Assembly (NCBI GenBank): GCA_009839925.1 | Contig: VXOS01000050.1 | Location: 1 to 59,782 of the forward strand | Length of the DNA stretch: 59,782 nt | Reading direction: 5' to 3' | Origin: Chloroflexota bacterium | Lineage (GTDB): Bacteria > Chloroflexota > Dehalococcoidia > UBA2979 | Part shown: one piece after another, positions 28,028-35,728 of the stretch | How the letters are laid out: every line of letters begins with the position of its first letter | Position numbering within the stretch: position 1 is the stretch's first letter | Position numbers and translations under genes: made by a program | The notes under the pieces: model-generated | Database searches by the model: none | What the model was told of the DNA's origin: nothing | What the model saw: the letters and a program-made list of their open reading frames with translations, nothing else

Positions 28028-29514
28028 CCACACCGACCGCAACCCGCACCTCCCCCAGCCGCGAGGAGCTGCACCGCCTCGCGGCCGCCGGCGAGGGCAA
28101 CATCGCGGCGATCTACCGCGAGGTGCGCGCCGACCTGGAGACGCCCGTCTCCGCCTACCTCAAGGTCGCCCGCGGCAAGTACTCCTTCCTGCTCGAATCC
28201 GTCGAGGGCGGCGAGCGCATGGGGCGCTACTCCTACATCGGCGCCGAGCCGTACCGCGTGAGCGCCCTGCACCACGAGGATGGCGACCCGCTGAGCGTGA
28301 TCGAGGACGAGATCGCCGAGCTCCGGCCGGTCCCGGCGCCGGGGCTGCCGCGCTTCCACGGCGGCGCCGTCGGCTACCTCGGCTACGAGACCGTCGGGCA
28401 CTTCGAGCGCATCCCGCGACCGGCAACGGACGCGCTGGGCGTACCCGAGTCGTGGCTGATGTTCACCGACACGCTGCTGGTCTTCGACCATGTGCTGCAC
28501 ACCATCAAGGTGATCTCGCACGCGCGCCTCGATGGCGACGTCGACGCCGCCTACGACGCGGCGGTCGCGAAGATCGATCGGCTCACGGAGCGCCTCGAGG
28601 CGCCCCTCGCCGCGCTGCCCTACGTCCCGCTCGACGGGCCGACCGGGCAGCCGATCGGCTCCAACTGGGCGCACGGGGACTACCTGCGGGCCGTCGAGCG
28701 CACCAGGCAGTACATCGTCGAGGGCGACATCATCCAGGCGGTGATCGCGCAGCGCTTCTCGCGCGAGACCGGCGTGCATCCGGTCGAGCTGTACCGCTCG
28801 CTGCGCGTGGTCAACCCCTCGCCCTACATGTACCTGCTGCAGTTCGACGATGTCGCGATCATCGGCGCCTCGCCGGAGCTGCTCGTGAAGGTCGAGGACG
28901 GCGTCGTCGACGTGCATCCGATCGCCGGGACGCGCCCGCGCAGCGGCTCGCCCGCCGAGGACGAGCGGCTGGCCGAGGAGCTGCGCAACGATCCCAAGGA
29001 GATCGCCGAGCACGTGATGCTGCTCGACCTCGGGCGCAACGACGTCGGGCGCGTCTCGAAGTCCGGCTCGGTCGAGGTGACGCAGAGCTTCGACCTCGAG
29101 TTCTACTCGCACGTCATGCACCTGGTGAGCCACGTACGGGGCGAGCTGCGCGAGGGGATGAGCGGCTACGACGCGCTGCGCTCGGCCTTCCCCGCGGGCA
29201 CGGTTTCCGGCGCGCCGAAGATCCGCGCGATGGAGATCATCGCGGAGCTGGAGCCGGACCAGCGCGGCCCCTACGCGGGGGCCGTCGGCTTCTTCGACCT
29301 CTCGGGAAACGTCGAGACGTGCATCACGATCCGCACGGTGCTGCTGCGCGACGGCGTCGCCTACGTGCAGGCCGGCGGCGGCATCGTCTACGACTCCGAC
29401 CCGCAGCGAGAGTTCGAGGAGACGCAGCACAAGGCGCGGGCGCTGATGGCGGCGATCGACGACGCCGAGGAGCGGGCGGGCATGAGCACGCCCTCGGGAA
29501 GCCTGGGCTACTGA
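28024..29514 (+). CDS. trpE: anthranilate synthase component I
   Basis: FLLESVEGGERMGRYSYIG, PYMYLL, GAVGYF-like and GGGIVYDSDP motifs. About 496 aa from the ATG at 28024. Confidence 0.9.
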   Translation: MTTPTATRTSPSREELHRLAAAGEGNIAAIYREVRADLETPVSAYLKVARGKYSFLLESVEGGERMGRYSYIGAEPYRVSALHHEDGDPLSVIEDEIAELRPVPAPGLPRFHGGAVGYLGYETVGHFERIPRPATDALGVPESWLMFTDTLLVFDHVLHTIKVISHARLDGDVDAAYDAAVAKIDRLTERLEAPLAALPYVPLDGPTGQPIGSNWAHGDYLRAVERTRQYIVEGDIIQAVIAQRFSRETGVHPVELYRSLRVVNPSPYMYLLQFDDVAIIGASPELLVKVEDGVVDVHPIAGTRPRSGSPAEDERLAEELRNDPKEIAEHVMLLDLGRNDVGRVSKSGSVEVTQSFDLEFYSHVMHLVSHVRGELREGMSGYDALRSAFPAGTVSGAPKIRAMEIIAELEPDQRGPYAGAVGFFDLSGNVETCITIRTVLLRDGVAYVQAGGGIVYDSDPQREFEETQHKARALMAAIDDAEERAGMSTPSGSLGY

Positions 29515-30419
29515 TGGACGCCAAGCCGCTCGTCGCATCCGCCGCGCTGCGCCGCAGCGACGGTCGCGTGCTGCTCGTGCGCCACGCCCGCGAGGAGCGC
29601 AGCGGCGCGGGCAGCCGCTGGACGCTGCCCTCGGAGCCCGTCGCCGACGACGAGACCGCGGAGCAGGCGCTGGCGCGGCTGCTGGCCGACCGCCTCCGCC
29701 TGTCGCCCGACCGGCGCGAGTTCAACGACTCGCTGGCGCTGCCGGCCGCGATCGCCAACGTCTTCATCTGCAGCTCCTGGAGCGGCGACCCGCAGTACGC
29801 GCCCGCCGACTTCCTCGATGCCGCCTGGGCGCCCCCCGGCACGGCGCCGGGCATCGATCTCGTCGAGGGCGTGCGCGAGTGGCTGCGCGGCTTGCCGGCG
29901 GACGCGAGCGCGCTCCCGAAGAGCGCGGACTCCGAGGGCCTGACGGTCGAACTGATCACGGCGCGCGATGCGCTGCGCGCCGCGTACCTCGCGCTCGACG
30001 AGCCGTGGCGCGACGTCAGTCTCGACGGCGAGTGGGCGCCGGTCGACTTGCTCACGCACTGCGCCACGGTGGAGGCCTACTACGCCTCCGAGGCGCGCGA
30101 GCTGCTCAAGACGCCCGGCCACACCTGGCGCCCCTTCAACCCGGCGCAGGGCGAGGCCGAGCGCGCCGGACGCTCGCGCCCGGCGAACGACCGCGCCGAG
30201 CTCGAACGGCTCGACGCGCTGCGCGCGGAGACGCTCACCTGGCTCGAGACCCTCGATCAGGACGCGCTCGACGCGTACGGCGACCACGCCGATCGCGGCG
30301 CGGTGCGCGTCGGCGACCGGATCGCCCGCATCGCGGCGCACGACCGCGCGCACACGCAACAACTCGAGAAGATGCTCGCCGCCTCGCAGGCGGACCCCGA
30401 CGACGACGAGGAGGCCTGA
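29514..30419 (+). CDS. Nudix-fold-like / DinB-like fusion protein
   Basis: The start shares one nt with the trpE stop (TGATG). The N-terminus has Nudix-fold spacing (GRVLLVRH...WTLPSEPVADDETAEQALARLLADRLRL) but the REUxEE glutamates are replaced. The C-terminus (LLTHCATVEAYY...IAAHDRAHTQQLEKML) resembles DinB-type four-helix His proteins. Confidence 0.55.
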   Translation: MDAKPLVASAALRRSDGRVLLVRHAREERSGAGSRWTLPSEPVADDETAEQALARLLADRLRLSPDRREFNDSLALPAAIANVFICSSWSGDPQYAPADFLDAAWAPPGTAPGIDLVEGVREWLRGLPADASALPKSADSEGLTVELITARDALRAAYLALDEPWRDVSLDGEWAPVDLLTHCATVEAYYASEARELLKTPGHTWRPFNPAQGEAERAGRSRPANDRAELERLDALRAETLTWLETLDQDALDAYGDHADRGAVRVGDRIARIAAHDRAHTQQLEKMLAASQADPDDDEEA

Positions 30420-30492
30420 CCATGCTCCTGCTCATCGATAACGTCCGCAGCCGATCTGCCGCTTACTCGCGCAGCTTGTTTGGAGCGTTCCC

Positions 30493-31086
30493 ATGCTCTT
30501 GCTGATCGATAACTACGATTCGTTCACCTACAACCTCTACCAGTACCTCTCCGAACTGGGTGCGACAGTCGAGGTCGTGCGCAACGACGAGGCGAGCGTC
30601 GAGGACTGCCTGGCGATGGGGCCGGAGCGGATCGTCGTCTCGCCCGGGCCCTGCACCCCGGCGGAGGCGGGGATCTCAATCGACCTGATCCGGGCCGCGG
30701 CCGGGCAGGCGCCGCTCCTCGGCGTCTGCCTCGGGCACCAGAGCATCGGCGAGGCGTTCGGCGCGCGGGTCGGTCCGGCGGGCGAGATCATGCACGGCAA
30801 GATCTCGACGGTGACGCACGACGGCAAGGGTGTCTTCGAGTCGCTGCCGCAGCCGTTCGAGGCGATTCGCTATCATTCACTGGCGATCGAGCCGGACACG
30901 CTGCCCGACGAGCTGGAGGTCACGGCGCGCGCGGAGAGCGGGGTGATCATGGGCGTCCGCCACCGCACCCTGCCGATCGAGGGCGTCCAGTTCCACCCCG
31001 AGTCGATCATGACGACCACCGGCCACGACCTGCTGCGCAACTTCCTCGCGATGGATTCGCCGCGCACCGCGGCGGCTCCGGCGTGA
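30493..31086 (+). CDS. trpG: anthranilate synthase component II (glutamine amidotransferase)
   Basis: MLLLIDNYDSFTYNLYQYL, GVCLGHQSIGEAFG (catalytic Cys), QFHPESI. Confidence 0.85.
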   Translation: MLLLIDNYDSFTYNLYQYLSELGATVEVVRNDEASVEDCLAMGPERIVVSPGPCTPAEAGISIDLIRAAAGQAPLLGVCLGHQSIGEAFGARVGPAGEIMHGKISTVTHDGKGVFESLPQPFEAIRYHSLAIEPDTLPDELEVTARAESGVIMGVRHRTLPIEGVQFHPESIMTTTGHDLLRNFLAMDSPRTAAAPA

Positions 31087-31104
31087 GGCGGGAGGCGGGC
31101 TGAG

Positions 31105-31494
31105 ATGGGCACCTTCAACGTCACGGTCGAGGTGGCCGCCGGGCCGGACGGGCCCTTCGAGAGCATGGAAGCGATGGTCGACACCGGCGCCACGTTCACC
31201 GTCGCCCCAGCGTCGACGCTGCACAGGCTGGGCGTCGAACCCACACGACGCATCAGGTTCGCGCTCGCCGACGGCAGCCGTGTGGAACGCGACGCGGGAT
31301 GGATGGTGATCCGAGTCGGTGGGATCGAGTCGCCTTCGCCAGTCGTGTTCGGGGAGGATGACGGAGGGCTGGTTCTCGGATCGGTGACGCTCACAACGCT
31401 GGGCCTCCATGCCGATCTGGTACGGCAGCAGCTGGTTCCGGCACTTGCTTGCCTCCCCGGCATCGTGCTTGCTCCGGACCGGGAGGCAGCGTGA
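31105..31494 (+). CDS. retropepsin-like (clan AA) aspartic protease domain protein
   Basis: 129 aa. AMVDTGATFTVAP carries the D-T-G catalytic triplet, and a later LGSVTLTTLGL strand fits single-domain bacterial retropepsin-like proteins. Confidence 0.55.
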   Translation: MGTFNVTVEVAAGPDGPFESMEAMVDTGATFTVAPASTLHRLGVEPTRRIRFALADGSRVERDAGWMVIRVGGIESPSPVVFGEDDGGLVLGSVTLTTLGLHADLVRQQLVPALACLPGIVLAPDREAA

Positions 31495-31525
31495 TGGGCA
31501 CGGCGTTGCGAACGGACACCGGAGC

Positions 31526-32551
31526 ATGATCGGCGAGGCAATCGGCGTGCTTGTCGAAGAAGGGCGCGACCTCAGCGAGGACGAGGCCGCCGCCGTGATG
31601 AACGAGATCATGGAGGCGGAGGCGACGCCCGCGCAGTTCGGCGCCTTCGTCCTCGCGCTGCGCCACAAGGGCGAGACCGTCGACGAGGTCGTCGGGATGG
31701 CGCGCGTGATGCGCGAGCACTCGCTGAAGGCGCATGTCGACGCGCGCCCGCTGCTCGACACCTGCGGGACCGGCGGCTCGGGCCTCAACACGTTCAACGT
31801 CTCGACGGCGGCCGCGATCGTCGCAGCGGCCGTTGGCGCGAAGGTCGCCAAGCACGGAAACCGCGGGATGACCTCGCAGTCCGGTTCGGCGGATCTGCTC
31901 GAGGCGCTCGGGGCGGAGATCGCGCTCGCACCGGAGCAGGTGGCGAGCTGCATCGAGCGCACGGGCGTCGGCTTCCTCTTCGCGCAGTCGTTCCACCCGG
32001 CGATGCGCTTCGCCGCGCCCCTGCGGCGCGAGATCGGGGTGCGCACGGTCTTCAACATCCTCGGACCGCTCACGAACCCCGCCTCGGCCAACTGTCACGT
32101 GCTGGGCACGCCCCGGCTCGAAACCGCCGAGCTGCTGGCCGGGGCGCTGGCGCGGCTCGGCGTTCGGCATGCCCTCGTGGTATCGAGCGACGAGGGTCTC
32201 GACGAGATCTCGGTCTCCGCGCCGACGACGCTGTTCGAGGTGCGCGGCGTGGAGGTCACCCAGCGCCGCGTCACGCCGCGCGACCTCGGCGTGGCGGAGC
32301 GCACGCTCGCCGAGGTGCGCGGCGGCAGCGCCGAGGAGAACGCCGAGGCGCTGCGTGCGGTGCTGCGCGGCGATGGCTCCGGCTCCGCGGCGCTGCGCGA
32401 CTTCATCGCCGTCAACAGCGGTGCGGGGCTCTACGTCTGCGGCCTGGCCGCATCGATCCAGCAGGGCGCCGAGCAGGCGCTGACGGCAATCGACGAGGGC
32501 GAGGCGGCCGCCCGCCTCGGCGCCTTCGTCGAGGCCACGCGGCGCAGCTGA
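31526..32551 (+). CDS. trpD: anthranilate phosphoribosyltransferase
   Basis: Internal ATG. DTCGTGGSGLNTFNVSTAAAIVAAAVGAKVAKHGNRGMTSQSGSADLLEALG is the canonical TrpD core. Confidence 0.9.
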   Translation: MIGEAIGVLVEEGRDLSEDEAAAVMNEIMEAEATPAQFGAFVLALRHKGETVDEVVGMARVMREHSLKAHVDARPLLDTCGTGGSGLNTFNVSTAAAIVAAAVGAKVAKHGNRGMTSQSGSADLLEALGAEIALAPEQVASCIERTGVGFLFAQSFHPAMRFAAPLRREIGVRTVFNILGPLTNPASANCHVLGTPRLETAELLAGALARLGVRHALVVSSDEGLDEISVSAPTTLFEVRGVEVTQRRVTPRDLGVAERTLAEVRGGSAEENAEALRAVLRGDGSGSAALRDFIAVNSGAGLYVCGLAASIQQGAEQALTAIDEGEAAARLGAFVEATRRS

Positions 32552-32555
32552 GACG

Positions 32556-33440
32556 ATGACGGCGCACGCCTCGGCAGCCTCCGGCGGCCCGCGCGAGACG
32601 GGCACGGTGCTGGACCGCATCGTCGCCGACCGGCGGCTGCGGCTCGCCGAGGACCAGCGCGGGACCCCTCGCGACGCCCTCGAACGGCTCGCCGCCGCGC
32701 AGCCGCCCGCGATCGGCTTCGCCGCCCGGCTAAGCGACGGGCGTGTCGCCTCGCCCGAGGGCGCGCGGCTGCGGCTGATCGGCGAGATCAAGCGCGCCTC
32801 GCCCTCGCGCGGCGTGATCGATGGCGATCTCGACGCCACGGCGCAGGCGCGCGAGTACGCCTCGGCCGGCGCGTCCGCCGTCTCCGTGCTGACCGAGCCG
32901 ACCTTCTTCCACGGCGCCATCGAGGACCTCGCGGCCGCCTCGGAGGCGTTCGGCGGCGACGCGGACCGGCCAGCGCTGCTGCGCAAGGATTTTCTCTTCG
33001 ATCCCTACCAGGTCATCGAGGCGCGAGCGCACGGTGCGGACGCGCTGCTGCTGATCGCGATGATGTTGCCGCCTCGCACCCTCGCCGACCTGCTGGAGCT
33101 CGTGCATGCGCAGGGCATGGAGGCACTGGTCGAGGTGCACGACGCCGCCGAGCTCGGCGTCGCCGTCGACGCCGGAGCGCGGGTGATCGGCGTCAACAAC
33201 CGCGATCTGCGGACCTTCGACGAGGACCTCGCGACGTTCGAGCGGCTCGCGCCGCAGGCGCCGGAGGGCGTCACGCTCGTCGCGGAGTCGGCGATCCAGA
33301 GCGCGGAGGACGCCGAGCGAATGGCCGAGGCCGGGGCGCACGCCCTGCTCGTCGGCGAGGCGCTGGTGCGCACGGGCGATGTCGCCGCCAAGGCGCGCGA
33401 GCTGATGCTTGCGCCGGCACGAAGCCGGGTGGGCCGCTGA
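32556..33440 (+). CDS. trpC: indole-3-glycerol-phosphate synthase
   Basis: LIGEIKRASPSRGVI, SVLTEPTFFHG, IGVNNRDLRTF motifs. Confidence 0.9.
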   Translation: MTAHASAASGGPRETGTVLDRIVADRRLRLAEDQRGTPRDALERLAAAQPPAIGFAARLSDGRVASPEGARLRLIGEIKRASPSRGVIDGDLDATAQAREYASAGASAVSVLTEPTFFHGAIEDLAAASEAFGGDADRPALLRKDFLFDPYQVIEARAHGADALLLIAMMLPPRTLADLLELVHAQGMEALVEVHDAAELGVAVDAGARVIGVNNRDLRTFDEDLATFERLAPQAPEGVTLVAESAIQSAEDAERMAEAGAHALLVGEALVRTGDVAAKARELMLAPARSRVGR

Positions 33441-34186
33441 TGACGCTCGTCAAGATCTGCGGCAACCGCACACCCGCCGACGTGCTCAATGCCGCCGAGG
33501 CCGGCGCCGACTTCGTGGGGATGATCTTCGCCGAGTCGAAGCGCCAGGTGGGCCTCGGTGAGGCGCAGGCGATGGTCCACGCCCTCGGCGATCCGCTCGC
33601 CGCACACGAGATCGCGATGCCGCCACCAGCCCGCGGCCACGCACGCGAGGACGAGCGCGAGTGGTTCCGCCACGGCGCGCAGGTGATCGAGGCCTATCTC
33701 GAGGCGAAACGGCCGCTCACCGTCGGCCTCTTCGCCGACCAACCGATCGAGGAGGTCAACGAGCTGGCCCTGGAGTCCGGCGTGGACCTCGTACAGCTTT
33801 CCGGCGACGAGACCTGGGAAGACTGTCTGCTGGTCGCGCGGCAGGTGATCCAGGTCGTGCACGTCTCCCCGCTCGACTCGCCCTCGGACCCGATGCGGTT
33901 CGTCGAGCCCGGATTCGCGATCGCGTTGATGCTGGACTCCGCGCACGGGCCGTACCGCGGCGGGTCCGGCCGCACCTTCGACTGGGAGGTCGCGCGCATC
34001 GTTTCGGCCGAGCTGCCGATGGTGCTCGCGGGCGGCCTCACCCCGGAGAACGTCGGCGAGGCGATCGAGCGCGTGCGCCCGTGGGCCGTCGACGTCTCGA
34101 CCGGCACGGAAACCGATGGGCGCAAAGATCCCACACGCGTGCGCGAGTTCATCGAGGCCGTGCGCCGCCAGGACGCCGCGGCCTGA
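33440..34186 (+). CDS. trpF: phosphoribosylanthranilate isomerase
   Basis: MTLVKICGNRTPADVLNAAEAGADFVGMIF, VQLSGDE, LDS...GGSGRTFDW, LAGGLTPENV. It carries an extra segment of about 35 aa (HALGDPLAAHEIAMPPPARGHAREDEREWFRHG) compared with short TrpFs. The start overlaps the trpC stop. Confidence 0.85.
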   Translation: MTLVKICGNRTPADVLNAAEAGADFVGMIFAESKRQVGLGEAQAMVHALGDPLAAHEIAMPPPARGHAREDEREWFRHGAQVIEAYLEAKRPLTVGLFADQPIEEVNELALESGVDLVQLSGDETWEDCLLVARQVIQVVHVSPLDSPSDPMRFVEPGFAIALMLDSAHGPYRGGSGRTFDWEVARIVSAELPMVLAGGLTPENVGEAIERVRPWAVDVSTGTETDGRKDPTRVREFIEAVRRQDAAA

Positions 34187-34409
34187 CGCCCACTAACCCT
34201 CGGCCGGCGCGGGGCGTGACCGGTGAAGCGGCTGCGGCGGAGCTACAAACCCGCGCAGCAGGCCCCTGACCGAGAAGCCCTCGGGCGCCTCCGGACGCGC
34301 GGCGAGCGCAAAGCGGCTGAGTCCTCGCAAGTCGTGCGCGTGGTCGTGGTGAGCGTGCCCGTCGTGGTCGTAGCCGCCTGCGGCGATCCCAGCCGAAGCG
34401 AGTCGCTTG

Positions 34410-34745
34410 CTAGTGGGAGTGGTGCTCGTGCTCGTCGCACTCGTGCTCGTCGTGCACGTGTACGTGATGCTCGTGCTCGTCGCACTCGTGCATGTCGTGC
34501 ATGTGCCCCGGCTCGCCGTGATGCTCGTGCTCGTCGCACTCGTGTTGGTCGTGCACATGCGCGTGATGCTCGTGCTCGTCGCACTCGTGCTCGTCATGCC
34601 CGGCGCCGTGCGCATCGCCGTGGTGGGCGTGATCGTGCGCGTGGTGCTCATGCTCGTCGCACTCGTGCATGTCGTGCTCGTGCCCCGGTTCGCCGTGATG
34701 CTCGTGCTCGTCACACTCGTGCACTGCGTGTGTCGCCTGTACCAC
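34410..34745 (-). CDS. histidine-rich tandem-repeat protein (6 x HECDEHEHH), putative metal-binding
   Basis: GTG 34745 is preceded by GGGAGG with a 5-nt spacer. The 111-aa product is MVQATHAV-[HECDEHEHH]-GEPGHEHDM-[HECDEHEHH]-...-SH. By hand count it has about 40 His, 23 Glu, 13 Asp and 6 Cys. There is no signal peptide. Confidence 0.6.
   Translation of the reverse strand: MVQATHAVHECDEHEHHGEPGHEHDMHECDEHEHHAHDHAHHGDAHGAGHDEHECDEHEHHAHVHDQHECDEHEHHGEPGHMHDMHECDEHEHHVHVHDEHECDEHEHHSH
34422..34721 (-). repeat. six copies of a 24-nt coding repeat (RTGCTCGTGCTCGTCRCACTCGTG on the + strand)
   Basis: Copies begin near 34422, 34467, 34521, 34566, 34644 and 34698, giving irregular 45/54/45/78/54-nt spacing. 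Each encodes HECDEHEH on the minus strand. Confidence 0.8.
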
Positions 34746-34885
34746 GGATACCTCCCGACTATCTATCCGCTTTGGCTACAGACCTTAACAAGCCACGTAA
34801 CGTTGAGTCCTTTGACTCACCACAAAGTCTGCTCCGTGTTCAAATATAAGACAGCACATCAAATTGAAGCAAGGTTTCCCATAAA

Positions 34886-34997
34886 ATCGATACGCCATAT
34901 CAGGGATGCTATCTAAGACACTGTCTCATTTGGAAACAATGTCACCAATAGAATTGATACTCCATATCAGGCCCGGTTCCAGGACACTGTCTCATTC
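34886..34997. repeat. two ~45-nt direct repeats (67-nt period) in a low-GC intergenic spacer, each with an ACA-N-TGT-centred palindrome
   Basis: Unit 1 at 34886-34930 is ATCGATACGCCATATCAGGGATGCTATCTAAGACACTGTCTCATT. Unit 2 at 34953-34996 is ATTGATACTCCATATCAGGCCCGGTTCCAGGACACTGTCTCATT. The palindromes are AGACAcTGTCT (34916-26) and GACAcTGTC (34983-91). Confidence 0.7.
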
Positions 34998-35337
34998 GTA
35001 AGGCTCATCTGCGACAAGATCATCGAATACTCGCCACCATATGTCCGAGACTCCGGATCCGCTTCCCACCACATCCACAGCGCCGCTGCCCCGGCTACCC
35101 CGGGTCGGGTGCGCCCGCTCCGGGTACGTCCTGACTCCCGCGGCGGCGGGGAAGTGCGCGGAGGACGCCGCGCGAGGGCCGGACCACAGCCCAGCACAGC
35201 GCCCGAGGCGAGCGCGCTCTGGCCGCCGCCGCCGCAATCCGTATCGTCGCGCGCCTTGAACCGCCCATGTATGCTCCACGCGGGCTATACTGCGGCTCTG
35301 CCACTACTTTGCGAGCGAGGGGTCAGGAGACGGACTT

Positions 35338-35676
35338 ATGGAAATCAACGCGGAGCGCGACGGCGCGACGGTCATCGCCAGGCCGACTGGGCGCCTCGAC
35401 GGCTCCAACGCGGGCGAATTCCAGGAGGCCCTGGAGGCAGCGATCGACGAGAGCGATCGTGCACTGGTCCTGGACTTCGAGCAGATCTCCTACATCAGCA
35501 GCGCCGGGCTGAGAGTGATCCTCTTGACGGCGAGGAGCCTTCAGGGCAACGGCGGCCAGATGGCGCTTTGCGCCCTTGACGCTCCGATCCGCGAGGTGTT
35601 CGCGATCAGCGGCTTCGACACCATCATCCCGATTCACGGCACCCGCGACGAGGCACTGGCCGCGGTCGGCGGGTAG
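35338..35676 (+). CDS. STAS-domain anti-sigma-factor antagonist (SpoIIAA/RsbV-like)
   Basis: 112 aa. LVLDFEQISYISSAGLRVILL contains the conserved phosphorylatable Ser context (ISSAG), and ISGF follows later. AGGAGA lies 8 nt before the ATG. Confidence 0.8.
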   Translation: MEINAERDGATVIARPTGRLDGSNAGEFQEALEAAIDESDRALVLDFEQISYISSAGLRVILLTARSLQGNGGQMALCALDAPIREVFAISGFDTIIPIHGTRDEALAAVGG

Positions 35677-35728
35677 ACCGCGACCGGCAGGCCGGGAACA
35701 CGAACGCGCACTCCCCCCAAACGATGCG

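Noticed and set aside
34193-34714. A 173-aa Thr/Ser/Cys-rich ORF (MTSTSITANRGTSTTCTS...) in an alternative frame of the His-rich repeat, superficially like a RiPP precursor.
   Set aside because: It is the +1 reading of the same repeat DNA, has a GTG with no RBS, and no modification enzymes are nearby. The His-rich frame has the proper RBS. Only its last ~70 codons (the His/Asp-rich tail) are kept as an open question.
34422-34721. The regularly recurring 24-nt repeat could be mistaken for a CRISPR array or a minisatellite.
   Set aside because: The repeats are in frame within a single ORF that has an RBS. The spacers are 21-54 nt, irregular and themselves His-codon-rich. No cas genes or leader are present.
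35041-35337. GC-rich 300 nt between the low-GC island and the STAS gene, carrying overlapping ORFs on both strands (35041..35259 +, 34992..35279 -, 35095..35304 -).
   Set aside because: All translations are Arg/Pro/Ala-rich with no start context or motif, and I could not find a convincing RNA structure either. It is left unannotated and may be a long 5' UTR or a decayed gene.
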